A stretch of 40,938 nucleotides of DNA. Origin: Paraglomus brasilianum. Lineage: Eukaryota. The DNA lies in the NCBI GenBank assembly GCA_910592345.1, contig CAJVPI010000227.1:1-40938 (forward strand). The letters run 5' to 3'. Position 1 is the stretch's first letter. Each line of letters begins with the position of its first letter. Shown here in pieces: positions 24,068-36,672 of the stretch. The translations under genes and the position numbers were made by a program. Under the pieces are notes generated by a model, which was not told where the DNA came from, ran no database searches, and saw nothing but the letters and a program-made list of their open reading frames with translations.

Positions 24068-25022
24068 CCGTGTTTTCTCAATGAGGGCCCACCTTCATCA
24101 TATAGAGCACCTTTAGCGTTCAATCGTAGGTACAACTAATAAAGGAACGCAAAACTCCACCTTCATCATATAAAGGGGGCTCTTATTCATGAGATGTTTA
24201 AAATGATCTACGAATCGTCACGTAACAATTGTCTACGTTATCTGTATTTATTACATAATTACGAACTATATTTCATATAAATAAAGTAATATATGACGTC
24301 AATTGTTGATGTGATAGGGGGGTGAGGGGCCAAGCTATTTCATAACATTACGGCCCTTATTCACGATAGGTGGTATGGGTCGTTGCAAAAGATTGGTACC
24401 TCAGATATTGCATCGATAAAAAAAATTTTATTATGTAATTTCTTTTTTTATTTAATAAATATTATCAGTATATATTAATATTGGGAAAGATACGATATAA
24501 ATATTACCTTAAATTACGTGATTATCGTCGGAACTACTATAAGCATCAAATTCGTCATCAATAAATTGTATGTTTTCGTCAGACTCAAAATATTCCTTGG
24601 CATTTTTAAGTGCTCTTCTCCAAAGTCCTACAATAACTTTTGAAGAAATTTTTTCTTTAAATGCATTTAGTAGTGTATTTCTAACAGATAAAAGGTTTGT
24701 ATGTGGACCTGAGCGTGCAACTTCACCCTTCACAACTGACAAAATACCTTCAATAGGTTGCAGTTCGCAATGGTAGGGAGGTAAAATTAACTTCATGTTC
24801 ATACTGTTCTGCAATTTTAACACAAGCAAATGGGACACCACCCTCCCAACTGTACTTTCCCTTACGCCCAACACCTCAGCAATACGCTTGCGTAGTGTGA
24901 CCTTCTGATGATCCTCCTTTTTAGAGTTAGCCACCCGAAAAATAATTGTAAACGTTAATAATTATCAACTTTTCATTATCAGTTAATGGTGTACCACTCC
25001 GTTTTGTAGAGAAAATATTCAT
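24068..25022 (-). mobile_element. Internally deleted Tc1/IS630-type transposon relic
   Basis: ATG at 25022 reads MNIFSTKRSGTPLTDNEKLIIINVYNYF, then a frameshift, then HTH TLRKRIAEVLGVRESTVGRVV joined almost directly to LPPYHCELQPIE (the catalytic-Glu motif) and a stop at 24509. Candidate terminus TA|CCGTGTTTTCTCAATGAGGGCCC at 24068, with subterminal repeat CCACCTTCATCATATA at 24089 and 24157. The other terminus was not found. Confidence 0.8.
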
Positions 25023-25429
25023 GGTAGGGTAAGATAATATTAGAAAAAAATGTTTATTTAAAGTCGTTTTAATATACAGTGTGTAACAAAATAATTGCCA
25101 TCACAAAAAATACCATAACTCAACAATTACAAGGAATAATTAAAAGCAAACAGTCTTGTTAGATAGCGTATTAGGTACTTACTTGATATAAAAAATTTTA
25201 ATACATAATCTTATTATCATTTCCTCGTTATACTTGCTTGTATCAGTTTTTTGTTGCACACAAAAATTTATTATTATTTTTCCGAAATTTTCTGAGAAAT
25301 ATCCTCCTATTCCCAATTAATAATGCAGATGCAAATTTCACTGTAAATGCTTTACATAGTAGCCATCCGTTGAATTTGTAATATTTTTACATAAAACAGT
25401 CGGTTTATTACAAGATAATCTTTGTTTCT

Positions 25430-26052
25430 CCCACGGTTTATTCTTTGGTATGTTACATATAAAACTTTTAATCAAACAGAGTTTTCCTGTCATGCTCTAA
25501 ACCGTTCGTATCTTTTGGCTTTTGAGATTGTTTACAATGAAACAAAGAGAAACACTCATTTTTGGATGTAATTTTATTTGACGAATAAACGTTGTTGGGG
25601 TATAATAATAATCTGAAAGTAAAGTAAAACTTTGTGAATTTCAACCTTCATACTTGTGTAACATAGTTTATAAAGTTCTCGAAAATTAAAGCAGAAGTCA
25701 ACAAAACCTTTTCTTTGGTAAATATCTTCAACGAGACATAAACAGGCTGATAAAAATACGTGGACCATAATAAACAACGCATCGCTTTGTTTATTTACAA
25801 AATAATTTCGATTGTTCCGAAGGCAATTATTTTCGTTACACACTGTATATTTTTTTTCGGCCCACCTTGCTTTGGTCGCACAGTATTTGTCTTGAAGTAA
25901 ATCATTTCCCTTTGGGTGAGGTACCAATCTTTTTGCAACGGCCCATATTCAAAATTTGAAAACACCGGAATCGTGGTTACGATTCGCAAAATATCATCCA
26001 CCCAAATACGTTTGTTAATACATATGATATTACTAATAAGGATGGTTGGCAA
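25430..26052 (-). pseudogene. Possible decayed spliced gene of unknown function
   Basis: Open stretches (IPVFSNFEYGPLQKDWYL; YYYTPTTFIRQIKLHPKMSVSLCFIV) are separated by GT..AG intron-like segments but do not join into a clean frame. Confidence 0.25.
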
Positions 26053-26704
26053 AATTTTGTATTTCGTATTAAAAACAGTTTATGCACGACAAATATATTA
26101 ATATGGGTTATAATTCTAAATTTAGGGAATTTAAAATCCAAATAGTATATTTTTGTACGAAAAAAATCGAGCAGTAACTATTATCCAGCGAACATACCGT
26201 CTATGGAAAAAACGTATTAATTCAGCTAAAAAAAATCCAAAAAGTAGTAATTGAATGGCTTTATCGGCCAGGCGGCACATTTATGAAGCTGCTCAAGATC
26301 GGTATTATTATAATTATAATGTGAATAAGAGATTTTGCGCCCTTACCTTGGAATTTGATATAGAAAAAGATCAGGAACTATTTCGTCGTAGTATAAACAT
26401 CGAAACAAGAATAGCTGCATACGCTAAGAGTTAATTACAGTGACTCAATATACGGTAACAAACAATAATTGTCGCACTAGAGCGTTGACACAAATTCTAT
26501 CAGTATGCGTCTTTTTATTAGTACATGCATAATATTTAATAGAGTACGAGCAACGTTTGTAACATGTTTCAAGCCTAACGATAGGAACTACAATATGTTA
26601 GCTTTTCTGTGTTTATCAGAATGTCGCAACACCTAACGGTTGAACCATTCAGCTTCTTAATAAGATTCAGTTAGTTCCATGCATGTCATCGTTATTTCTC
26701 CGAC

Positions 26705-28387
26705 ATGTCAACTAAAGGAGAAAAGGTAAGGACATAAATCATGCCCATTAATTGAATTTCTAGTCCAAATCTATTCACAAAAGTAGCTTAACCAATAGCC
26801 TCTTGCTGAAGATATCGATGAAGAAACTGCCCGTCAGGATTACATCGACAACGTCTTGATTGATATATATAAAACGGACGAGGAGAAACTCGAAACATTC
26901 GGCCAATGTCCAGATTGTAACGATTATGGACAAGACTGGTGCAAATCTTGCAACGACGTTCGTTTTCGTCAAGCGTTTTCCGCTTGGACGTCTGGGAACA
27001 AAGAGATTGATTACTTTATTCAAAATTCTCAAATATATGCAATGACTTCTGTTACAGTGTTAGAGTGGTGGCCATACAAAACTTTTTCGAATATTGAAAA
27101 AATAGGGAAAGGCGGCTATGGAACTGTTTTTCGTGCCAACACTGGAATACAAAGAATCAAAGGATGGGATAAACAAAACAATAGATGGCTTCGTTACGAA
27201 AAAAGTGATAGTCCAGAACTGCCTTTATATAGGGAATTTGTTGCACTAAAAACGCTTGGATATCCTCAACATCTGCCAAAGAATTTCCTTGACGAGGTAA
27301 TTAGACAGTGGTGTGTTGCAATCCTAATCCTGCTTGCTATATTACTCGGTGTTTTCAAAGACAACAAATGCCGGCGTATATTAATTATTGTCTCAATCTA
27401 GGCCAAGAGACTGCAACGCTGGGCTTATAAATCACCTGATTGGTTTTCACCGATACTTCAAGGGTTTACAAAAAATGAAAGGACTGGTCAATATTACTTT
27501 GTTATAGAATTTTGTAGTAGAGGTGACATACGCAAAACTCTATGTGAAGAGCATACTTGGAGCGATAAGTTAATAATAATTGATCAGATTGCTCGTGATA
27601 TGTGTACTATCCACGAAGCAGGACTAATCCATAGGTAAATAATAATTTTATTATTACGTTATTATTATGGTTTAATTCATAGACATTAATGTAAACATAC
27701 TGTCTTTTTGTTATAGAGATCTTCATCCTGGAAATGTACTCCGAGCCACTGATAGTTTGGATTATATTAACATTCATGACTTGGGACTTTGCATTCCACA
27801 ATCAGAAGCGAATGACATTGAAGAGGTTATGGGAGTAATGCCTTATGTAGCACCAGAACTATTTGATGGTGGAAAATACTCAACGGCAACAGACGTTTAC
27901 GCATTTGGCATGCTAATGTGGGAAATTGGCACTGGAAAAAAGCCTTTCCATAATATTCCTCATAATGTATCATTGGCTTTTCAAATACATAATGGTCTTC
28001 GTCCACAAATTACCAAAGACATGCCGCAGTTTTATTGTGATTTGATGCGGAAATGCTGGGATAGCAATCTTAAGAATCGACCGACTGCCGAAGAAATATA
28101 CGACTTGACCACCGAATGGTGTTGTGAACCCACGGAAGAAATTGAAGATCAGATCGCGAATGCCGAAGAACTTCGTCAATCTAGTATAAATACGGAAAGT
28201 GAAAATCTAGAAGAAACCCAACATTCTCAGGCTATTTACACAAGTCGATTAATGCCCGATTTAACCAGAAGTAAGAATCTCGGTTGAGGCTCAATGTAAA
28301 AACAACTGTAATGTAATTTAACATTCATTTCTTTTCTTTTTTTTAGAATTTGCCGATTTCGATTTCGAAATTCCCTATGGAATTTAA
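26705..28387 (+). CDS. Tyrosine-kinase-like protein kinase of the expanded Glomeromycotina type, 5 exons, about 448 aa
   Basis: Exons 26705-26725, 26799-27296, 27402-27634, 27717-28270 and 28347-28387 are in frame. CPDC...WCKSC Cys motif, WTSGNKEIDYFIQ, IGKGGYGTVF, VALK, HRDLHPGNVL, DLG, GVMPYVAPE, DVYAFGMLMWE, CWD..RPTA, HSQAIYTSRL and DFEIP tail. Confidence 0.92.
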
Positions 28388-28873
28388 TAGCTCGACAAAA
28401 TATAATTGTGAGTCGCTATTTAGCATATTGTAAAGGATTGAACATGCATTTTTTTTCGTTAGTGCCTCGACTCAGCCTATTGCATCTACTTGCATAATGC
28501 GAACATTTCCCTTTTGGCAATGGTCAACGCCAAAAGGCTTTCGATTTTAAAGTTATGCTATATGCTTTTGACTGCAAAACACTTGTCGGAAACCCACCAC
28601 TTAAATAGTGTGTTGGGGTTATTAAAATAAAGAAAATAAGGCAATAATTTTGTCAGGTCCACAACGTACAATAAATTGAATCGTTTTGTTCACAGTTAAT
28701 TAATCTAAGACGTCGACCCATCATAACTATATAGTGAACCAAATGAATCAGTCATTGCGGAAAGTTAGTTGTAGACTATTAATACGAAGCAAGCGTTGTA
28801 CCAGTTTTATTGGTATACCAATCTCGACCTTTGTCGTAGTATTGAACTTGACATACAGTTAGCTGACAACCAA

Positions 28874-29290
28874 TTTCGTCATTTCCATGCGTTTAAAATG
28901 GAAATGAAAATCTCTATGCGTCGATCCACTCGTAACTCATTGGATCAGATGATCACTGAGTTTCGTCATTCATAAATTTAGCCAGATCAACCGATTTTCG
29001 TCATTCCATACTAATACATTTAGCCAGATCAGTCCGTCATAGCCAGATTTCCTGTGTTTAGACTAAGCATGAAAAAGCTTAAAGTATTAAATCTGCTTGC
29101 CTTTCCGGTGATATATATACCTATACTAATTGGATGGAACATTAATACTAATACGAGAACGTTATATCAGTTTAACCGATTATTTTCGTCATTCTTGCAT
29201 TTTGACTAATTTATATACAGGTGAAAGCTTAGAGTATTCATGCCAAATTAACACATTAATAATGTTTGCGGCCCTGGCGATATATACATA
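28874..29290 (+). repeat. Degenerate local repeat cluster
   Basis: TTTCGTCATT at 28874, 28961, 28996 and 29184. TAGCCAGAT three times between 28979 and 29048. AAAGCTTA(A/G)AGTATT...GATATATA twice. Confidence 0.7.
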
Positions 29291-31748
29291 CAGTACATAA
29301 CATATAATATATTGTTCTAATAGATGTCTAACTGTATACTTGGTCATACTTGATATTAATACGACAAAACAATCAACTTACTATTGCCATGCGTTTACAC
29401 CAATTTTATCGCCCGCTGACATATTGGACAACATATTGGACAATAGAATTCACATCTTATAAAAGTCAATTCGCTCATAAGCTAAATTAATTAACCAAAC
29501 CGGACAATACCAGTTCTAACTTTTTTCTCAGTATTAATAAAAACATTGATTACATTGCATTTATACTACAAAATCCTCTATCGTTGCAAAATGTCTCACG
29601 ATATACATCAACTAAAAAAACACACAATATAAGACAGATATTGAATATAATGACAAATATGCTGAATACATTTTACATGCGCGGTTAACGTTTTTGTCTA
29701 ATGACGACCTTATTATAGAATTTGTTATCTGTTGTGCAAGCATGTTTATTTATTTGTTATGTAATGTATTCAATTATTCTAATTCAATTCTATTTTTATT
29801 TTTATTGCTTTGTTTATATTCGGAAAAAAAGTTCGACATTATGGAACATACTGTAACTTAACAATCGGAACATTCCAACTGGTGAAAAATAATTAATTAT
29901 AACCTAACCAATATTCCATATCCTATTAACGCGACGCAAACATTGTCATGTTGTTGACCTCACTATTACAAGTACGTGACATTGTTAGATGAAATTATGT
30001 CTCATCGACAAGCACTATTGTTGTATGTCCATTCGGAATAATACAGAGAATCAGTAACGAGAATATAACATACTTCGACATTAATAATATTAACTCGGCT
30101 GCTATACGTGTATAACTAATTAATATTCGCACTATAAACTGCTCGATGCTTAATTTATACGCTTTAATGAAACAATCAATAGTTATAGTGTATTGAGCTT
30201 GAGGTCGTTGTGGAATGAGATAATGCAACCAGATATTCTACAAAGAAGTTATTCGCTTGATTTGAAACATTCCCGAACTTGAATCGGACAAAATATATAC
30301 AGTCATACCTCTTTTGTATCCCCACCCTTTAATATCCCAACCTCGGATATATCCCCTGTGAAGCGGGACGGATTTCCTCTATTGTATTTCTATATAAATT
30401 TACCTCGTTTGTGTTCCCTTCAGATATATCCCTATCCCCAATATTTTGCCCTATTTACTATATACGATACTAATATTGCACAAGTCATATTCCTAATTTA
30501 CTATATATTATACGAGTATGTATTACACAAATTGTCATAAAAATCAAACCGTGCTGAAAGCGATCAGGTCATAAACCAGACGACGTTTAAGCCAAGAGCG
30601 TAGTTTTCAAATATATATATATGAGAGTGTGCGTTGCTTAGCCTTTCCAATATTAAAAAAATAAAATTAATCATTAAAGTATGGATAATGATAACATCAG
30701 TAACAGTAGACAAAGAAAGCAAAGAAGAATCTGTCACTTGAAGATAAAATAAACGTCATTAAGAGAAAAGAAACCGATGTAAAGTATACACGAAATATAA
30801 TTCGGCGCTTAGATGAGTCTGTGGAAAGGCTAAACGCTAAATTTCATTAACGAATTTATTAACACTAATAACAGATCACAACGCATATGTGTAACTGTTA
30901 AGTTCCAATTGTGGATCTGTAGGAATTATTGGAAAATGCTTTTGGACAGGTGAAATGGAGCGGGTATCCAAGCATTTTTGCTCCAATAGTAATAAACGGG
31001 TAGACTTTCTTTACTGATTCCTTTTAGAGTACGTGGAATATTAAATTCAGGGGTGGAAGTTTATCACCGCTAGCACACGATGATAACCTACTATAAGCAG
31101 AAGCTTTGGATGGCATTAAGTCCCAGTACAAGGCAGTTTTCGTCCCAATTATAAATGTCGAATCTATTGTAATTAGCATTCGGTATTCTAGAAGACGTTC
31201 AAATCGGGTGAAGCAGCTAGCACATCACCTGGTAACCTCAAAAATGTTATGCCTTCCGATAGATGCGCATCTGGTACATTTAGTCTAACACTTTTTCTTG
31301 AAGAATAGGAGATTCCACATTCAATAGCATTATCGAACCATAATGCCAAATCAAAGCGTCTTCGATCTGTGGAAATAATGGTGCGTTGTCGTTTATATTG
31401 CTATAACTGTATCGTTTTCGACATTGAGCCATCTACCGGATTTTAATAGAATTTCAGTGACAGAGGACCGCCCTATTTTGAATTTATTAGCCAGCTGTTA
31501 TTGGTGTCGCGCGCTCGCCGACAGAGTCATTTTTTTTGAATACCGGTAAGACTTTTTTTTTAGATTTATTTTTGTCAATCTCGAACGTGGAGACACCTAA
31601 ATCAAGCATTATAATAAAAACACTATAATAAATTTTTTGCCTACCTTTTCTGTTTTGTCAATGTCATTAAGAATTAATTCTTATGCGTAAGTAAACGAAA
31701 ACGGGATAAGTAATTTCAGTTGAGAAAAAAGGAGATTCAAATTTGCGT

Positions 31749-31915
31749 ATAACGACTGTCATTATATTAAATACCGATACATTAAGATTTCTCCAATAAC
31801 CAAAAAATGTCGTTACATCGAATAACTTTCATTATATAGATTTTTTGTTCTAGGATTTTTGTCAGTATAACGAGATGTCGTTATATAGCAGTGTCGTTAT
31901 TTCGAGACTCACTTG
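31749..31915. mobile_element. Right end of a second Tc1/pogo-type element or MITE
   Basis: Reiterated TGTCGTTA motifs ending GTGTCGTTATTTCGAGACTCACTTG|TA, with the inverse ATAACGAC at 31749. No partner end was found. Confidence 0.5.
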
Positions 31916-33460
31916 TAACAAATTTAGCCATTTTTATTCAAAATTTTCGATCAACGAGTTCAATTAACTCGGAATTCAGTTTCCCAATTGCTAATTGTCT
32001 CGGCGGTTTTAATAAATTCGATAGCTTCACGAATGTTGGCTTGAGGAATTTTTGAAATCGATTGGTTTTGAGCAATAGCATTATAAAGACTTGGGGCTGC
32101 TAGTCTTATTTCGTGAAATTTTGTTAGACTATGAATGAAGAAATTGGGACTGCTGACATGTTTTGTTGGCGTTTGCGCTTTTAATGTTTCTGATACATAT
32201 TAAACGCGCATTTGTCAAACAGTCGGATGAGATTGTTTTAACATTATATTGAATGAAATGAGACATCAATAAAACAAATCTTAAGCGTGAGTGAGACGTA
32301 AAAACTACATATCAGAATAACAATTATAAAACGTTGTACTTAGACGTTTAAATTCATATAAAAATTCTCACCTTGACATAGTCAGAGATCAACTTCACAA
32401 ACGTTTTCGATAAGATACATAGGCAACTTTGGATAAAAATTAATTATTTAACTCGATTGGGTTTTTGTTTCATACCTCAAATATGATTCGTCTTGTCTGT
32501 GTGAGGCAATCTGATAGGTAACTATTGTAACACGATTGACCAATCATCGATCGCATTATATCCTATTAAAGAATAGAGACAAAAGCCAGGGATGATAATA
32601 ATAAATATTATAAGTTATTTAACCGTGGTGAGACTCTGTTTGTGCTTGATGCCACAGCTAGTGTTTCAATAGACTATTGGGGGTTTCTCCTTTGTTTTTG
32701 TTTAATTCGTTATCGTTTTGTCACCAAGTCTTATGATTGCAAACTTCTTTATACAATGACGTTTATAATAAAAATATTAATGCGTCTATATAGTAATAGA
32801 CAAACAAGGCTGATAATTTTAAGGGCTCCGCAAAGGACTACAAGTCATACTTTTGAGAAAGTGGGTAACAAAAGTAACAAGCGCGCTGATAAGTTTATAG
32901 GGGCAAGTTGCTAAAATTAAATTGATTTCTTATCATTATACACAATGGAAGTGAGAGTAACAACAATAAATAAGAGCAAATTTTGATTATGCAATAATGT
33001 AAGACAATAACCCAAAAGGACAAATGAGAATGGGAGAAAAAAAAAGGGGGGGGGGCGTAAATAAATATTGGCTACATTCGGTGAGCCGTCGCGTTATCTT
33101 CTCAAATACAAACTTTTTCGCGGACAAAACAACGACGACTGGTTGCCGAAGCCAAAGCTATTATCAAACTGAAGTCACTATAACATTAAATAGCCACGTT
33201 AGCAAACGGTGATAACTTTCAAAAAGAAGCGTATACCTGCGTGTCCACAGGAACTGTCGTGTCTTTCTCAAACGTGAAATTTTTTTTTGCAACAAGAGGT
33301 TGTCGAAGCCAAACCCATCACTATAATCAAACCAACGTTTTTGTTGCAGTAAACTACTGTATGGTAAGTGGGGAGGGAAGAGAGGGGGGAGGGGGCAACG
33401 TTTAAGTGCCATATTGGCAAAAATTAAGTGCACATATAACAAAATCAGTGACTATGAAAT

Positions 33461-33645
33461 GTTTGAAGTAGCACGCCTCAAAACAAATAAGTGCTATAAC
33501 ATTAATCAAGAAAACTAATTTATTACTGTGACAAACATTTGAAGTGCACGCCTCAAGGCTGATAAGTGCTATAACACTGATCAAACTTTTTAAACAAATG
33601 AGTGGCACACCTCAACGCTATTTTAACATTGATCAAACTTTTTGC
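33461..33645 (+). repeat. Three imperfect tandem units of about 60-75 bp
   Basis: TGA(A)GT.GCAC(G/A)CCTCAA...TAACA(T/C)T(A/G)ATCAA at about 33464, 33540 and 33599. Confidence 0.75.
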
Positions 33646-36600
33646 AAGTCATGTTCATTCCTTAAACTTGCAGAAAAAAGAGTAATATTGAAGCAAGTGT
33701 GGATTAATGATCGGGTGGTAGAAAAAAATTTTTTTTCGTGTACTATCAAACTCTGTCCTCGGCATGACGGAAAACTGCCGCCTTGATATGTGGCACCTCA
33801 ACGCGAATGAGGGTTGACGTTTACTAAGTGGAGTGGTAGACGGAAAGCGCATTATCAAAGTCTTAATATGCCGCCCCTCATACTTGCGGATGAGGGTTTG
33901 ACGTGCGAACGTGATTCGGGCAACGTTATAAAACGACCAAGTCGTTAATAGCGGCTAACAAGTATGCATATCCATTCATTCGCTCAGTAAATACATAACT
34001 CTTAAGGTACGTTAATAAGATTGTACTTTACATATTAATAATATCATTGGAATGATGTCTAACGCGTCTACTCATACATATAGCACTTTGCTACAACTTG
34101 TTTTGAACAACGATATCGACCACATAACCAACGCAACAGACCTTTGTCGCACGTTCGCTTTCAAGGTAAGAATTCTTGCTGGGTAATATGTTGAGGGTCT
34201 GTAGCCGAAGGTACGCTGCCACTAGGTATAAAAGCCGGATAATCTTGAAAGCTCTCCGTGGCCACACTTGTATATTGTTTTTCGTGAGGGTGCTTAGTAG
34301 TGTGTATCTGAAGGGACGCTGCCACTAGGTGTAAATCGTAGTTTTCGAAGGCACGCGGAGTGCAAATTAATCGAAAACCGTTACCGACAAAAAAGCGTGA
34401 GCTTTTGTGGTGAATAGGATACACACGAAAAGTAGTTGGGGACCTGATCGTTAAATGATTACTTGTGTGAACGTTCGATTATCCGCTCCGAAGGGTCGTC
34501 TGATGCTCACTGTGCGCACAGGCGGCTGTGGTGAATAGGTACATGGGACGTTGATGTGAAGTCATCGATCAAGCGTGACATCCGGACGGGTGGTTGCTGC
34601 TTGACATGCACGACCTTCATTGGTCCGTGATTCTGATGATGCAATTTACTCATGTTTTCCCCAACTTATTATTGTTAATAGAAGATAAATAATAAAGATG
34701 CAGTACTCATATTTCTTTGTTATTACTAGATGAACAGACAACAACAAACCTTTGTCGCCACCCCACCATATTATGCACATATGACACGACGCAACAGACC
34801 TTTGTCGTTAGTGCGATACAACTCATGAACAGGCTGTAATAATATTCGCCAACACCTGCGTATGGGAATACTATTTACGCCATGCGGCAGTTTACGTTGG
34901 GAGTAGTGTTATTATTATAATTATGTATCAAACCTATGTATATACAATAAGAAATAAACAATTATTATGAATAAATTCTCGAACAATTGTTGTACAGTAT
35001 GCCATAAGTCACATAATTCCGTTAGTCCACAGCAATCAATAATAAATTAGACTTAAACGTTTGCGACCGTCCGTCGTTATTTCTTTATTAAAATATCAGA
35101 ACGCTGGATTATCCTATTTTTGTTGATATACTACAGCATTTACATTAATTCCATTTATTGACAAGATTTACTTAGTTTCAATTGGCCTTTTTGCAATATG
35201 TATTATTGCCGAAGACAACTTTAGCTGAATATATATATGTTATTATCCTACGGAATACGGAATGTACCTCTTGTCGCAAGTCTTATTGTCATTAGTATCG
35301 ATTGGCCTTCTATTCTGCCTAGCACGTCAATGATGACTGCGTGCCCGTTGTCCTTGAATGATCATAATCATAATCCAGAAACTGGAGTGGCTTTGACTCA
35401 AAGAGTGGGTAAACGTTCAATGGATTCAAAGAATTCTATTGTTAAGTGTTTTAGATGACGATTTTCTCTGAAAGGCATCATTATCAAATAAAGCAGACAA
35501 CAGAGAGAATATTAGAAGTTGCAAATGTAACCACAAGACAGCTGAGAGTTTAACATATGAAAGGGTTAGAAATTATAAGATTCTGGTGCTAATAGATGAT
35601 GTTGTTTAAACCTTGTTCAAACTCCCAAAGAAGTCTTTCTTTAACTATTGATGGAGTACTGGACTTCAGAGACCACTCAACAGATCTCCCGTCGCCAGAG
35701 AAAGGACAGTATTACGGATGCCCCAAAAGTTGGTAAAACTTAACCATCAGCGATTTTTTCAGTTCGATTGCCGAACCTCGCAAAGTCATGACCCTGCTTT
35801 ATTGGCCATGCGAGTCATTGAGGGAAGGGTACGCAGTATCGGGTAAATAATTTATCAAATCCACCGCTCATTTCGACGTTTTTATAAAAGGCCAATCTTT
35901 TATTATATTCGTATTCTCAATTTGCAACACTTCTCAGTTACGATTAGTCACGAGTACCCGGATCTTCTATGTCCGAAATTGTACCGTAAGATGGAGTTGC
36001 TTGGCGGTTATTACGAAAGAGGGATTCTGATTGGTGTTTCCTGTATCTAGAAATTGCGAAAAAGAAAAATACCTACATGGAAGAGATAAGGTTGTCAAAC
36101 CAATATACGCATCAACAATGACGAGATTTTTTTTTTACAAACCTCCACAAGTTGAATACAAATCAATGTAATATTTGCCAAGAACCTGCGTTGAAATATA
36201 ATATAGGCGCACTCTATTATATCTAGTTAACCAATAAAATTACATGTTTTTAAATATATCCCACCACATCCAAAATGGGGATGTAAGCAAGGTATGACTG
36301 TATATGGTTAATACTAATGCAAAATTTAGAGGTGGCAGAGAGTGGACCAGCAGCATTGCATTAAACTTGAAATTTATACAACTTTTGGGGGCTTGTCTGG
36401 TTGAAAACTCCGTTGTTAGTTGTAGCAGAAATCATGGAAGAATATGTCATCTTAACACTGAGAATACAAATGAAAGCAAGTATCTGTACAACTATGCAAC
36501 TGATGCTTAAACAATCAATAAAATGGATTCCATATCATAAAGATTGTTTTATTTCAATGAATACCATCAATAATATTATAATAAAAAGTAATGTGTCTGA

Positions 36601-36672
36601 ACTACCTATCAAAGAAATTGGTCATGGTCACTACTGGTAACAAACATACAATGAATATAATTTTTAAATTTG

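Larger units (their letters stand above)
30300..36300 (+). mobile_element. Putative pogo/Tigger-like element bounded by 24-bp terminal inverted repeats with TA flanks; interior mostly unrelated sequence
   Basis: Left TA|CAGTCATACCTCTTTTGTATCCCC (30300-30323) and right GGGGATGTAAGCAAGGTATGACTG|TA (36277-36300) match at 19/24, with the outer 11 bp perfect. A CENP-B-like start lies just inside the left end (ATG 30681; NLSLEDKINVIKRKE; VDL*ELLE) and a pogo-like tail (STMTRFF, about 36110-36135) just inside the right end. Confidence 0.6.

Noticed and set aside
31434..31548. TACCGG...CCGGTA as a tiny MITE
   Set aside because: The inverted match is only about 6 bp plus loose A/T similarity.
34440..34640. 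Possible C/D box snoRNAs (ATGATTA..CTGA)
   Set aside because: C boxes are non-canonical, there are no terminal stems, and I could not identify an rRNA guide.
35460..35610. KILVLIDDVV, a Walker-B-like peptide suggesting an NB-ARC or NACHT relic
   Set aside because: No Walker A motif and stops on both sides; too short to support.
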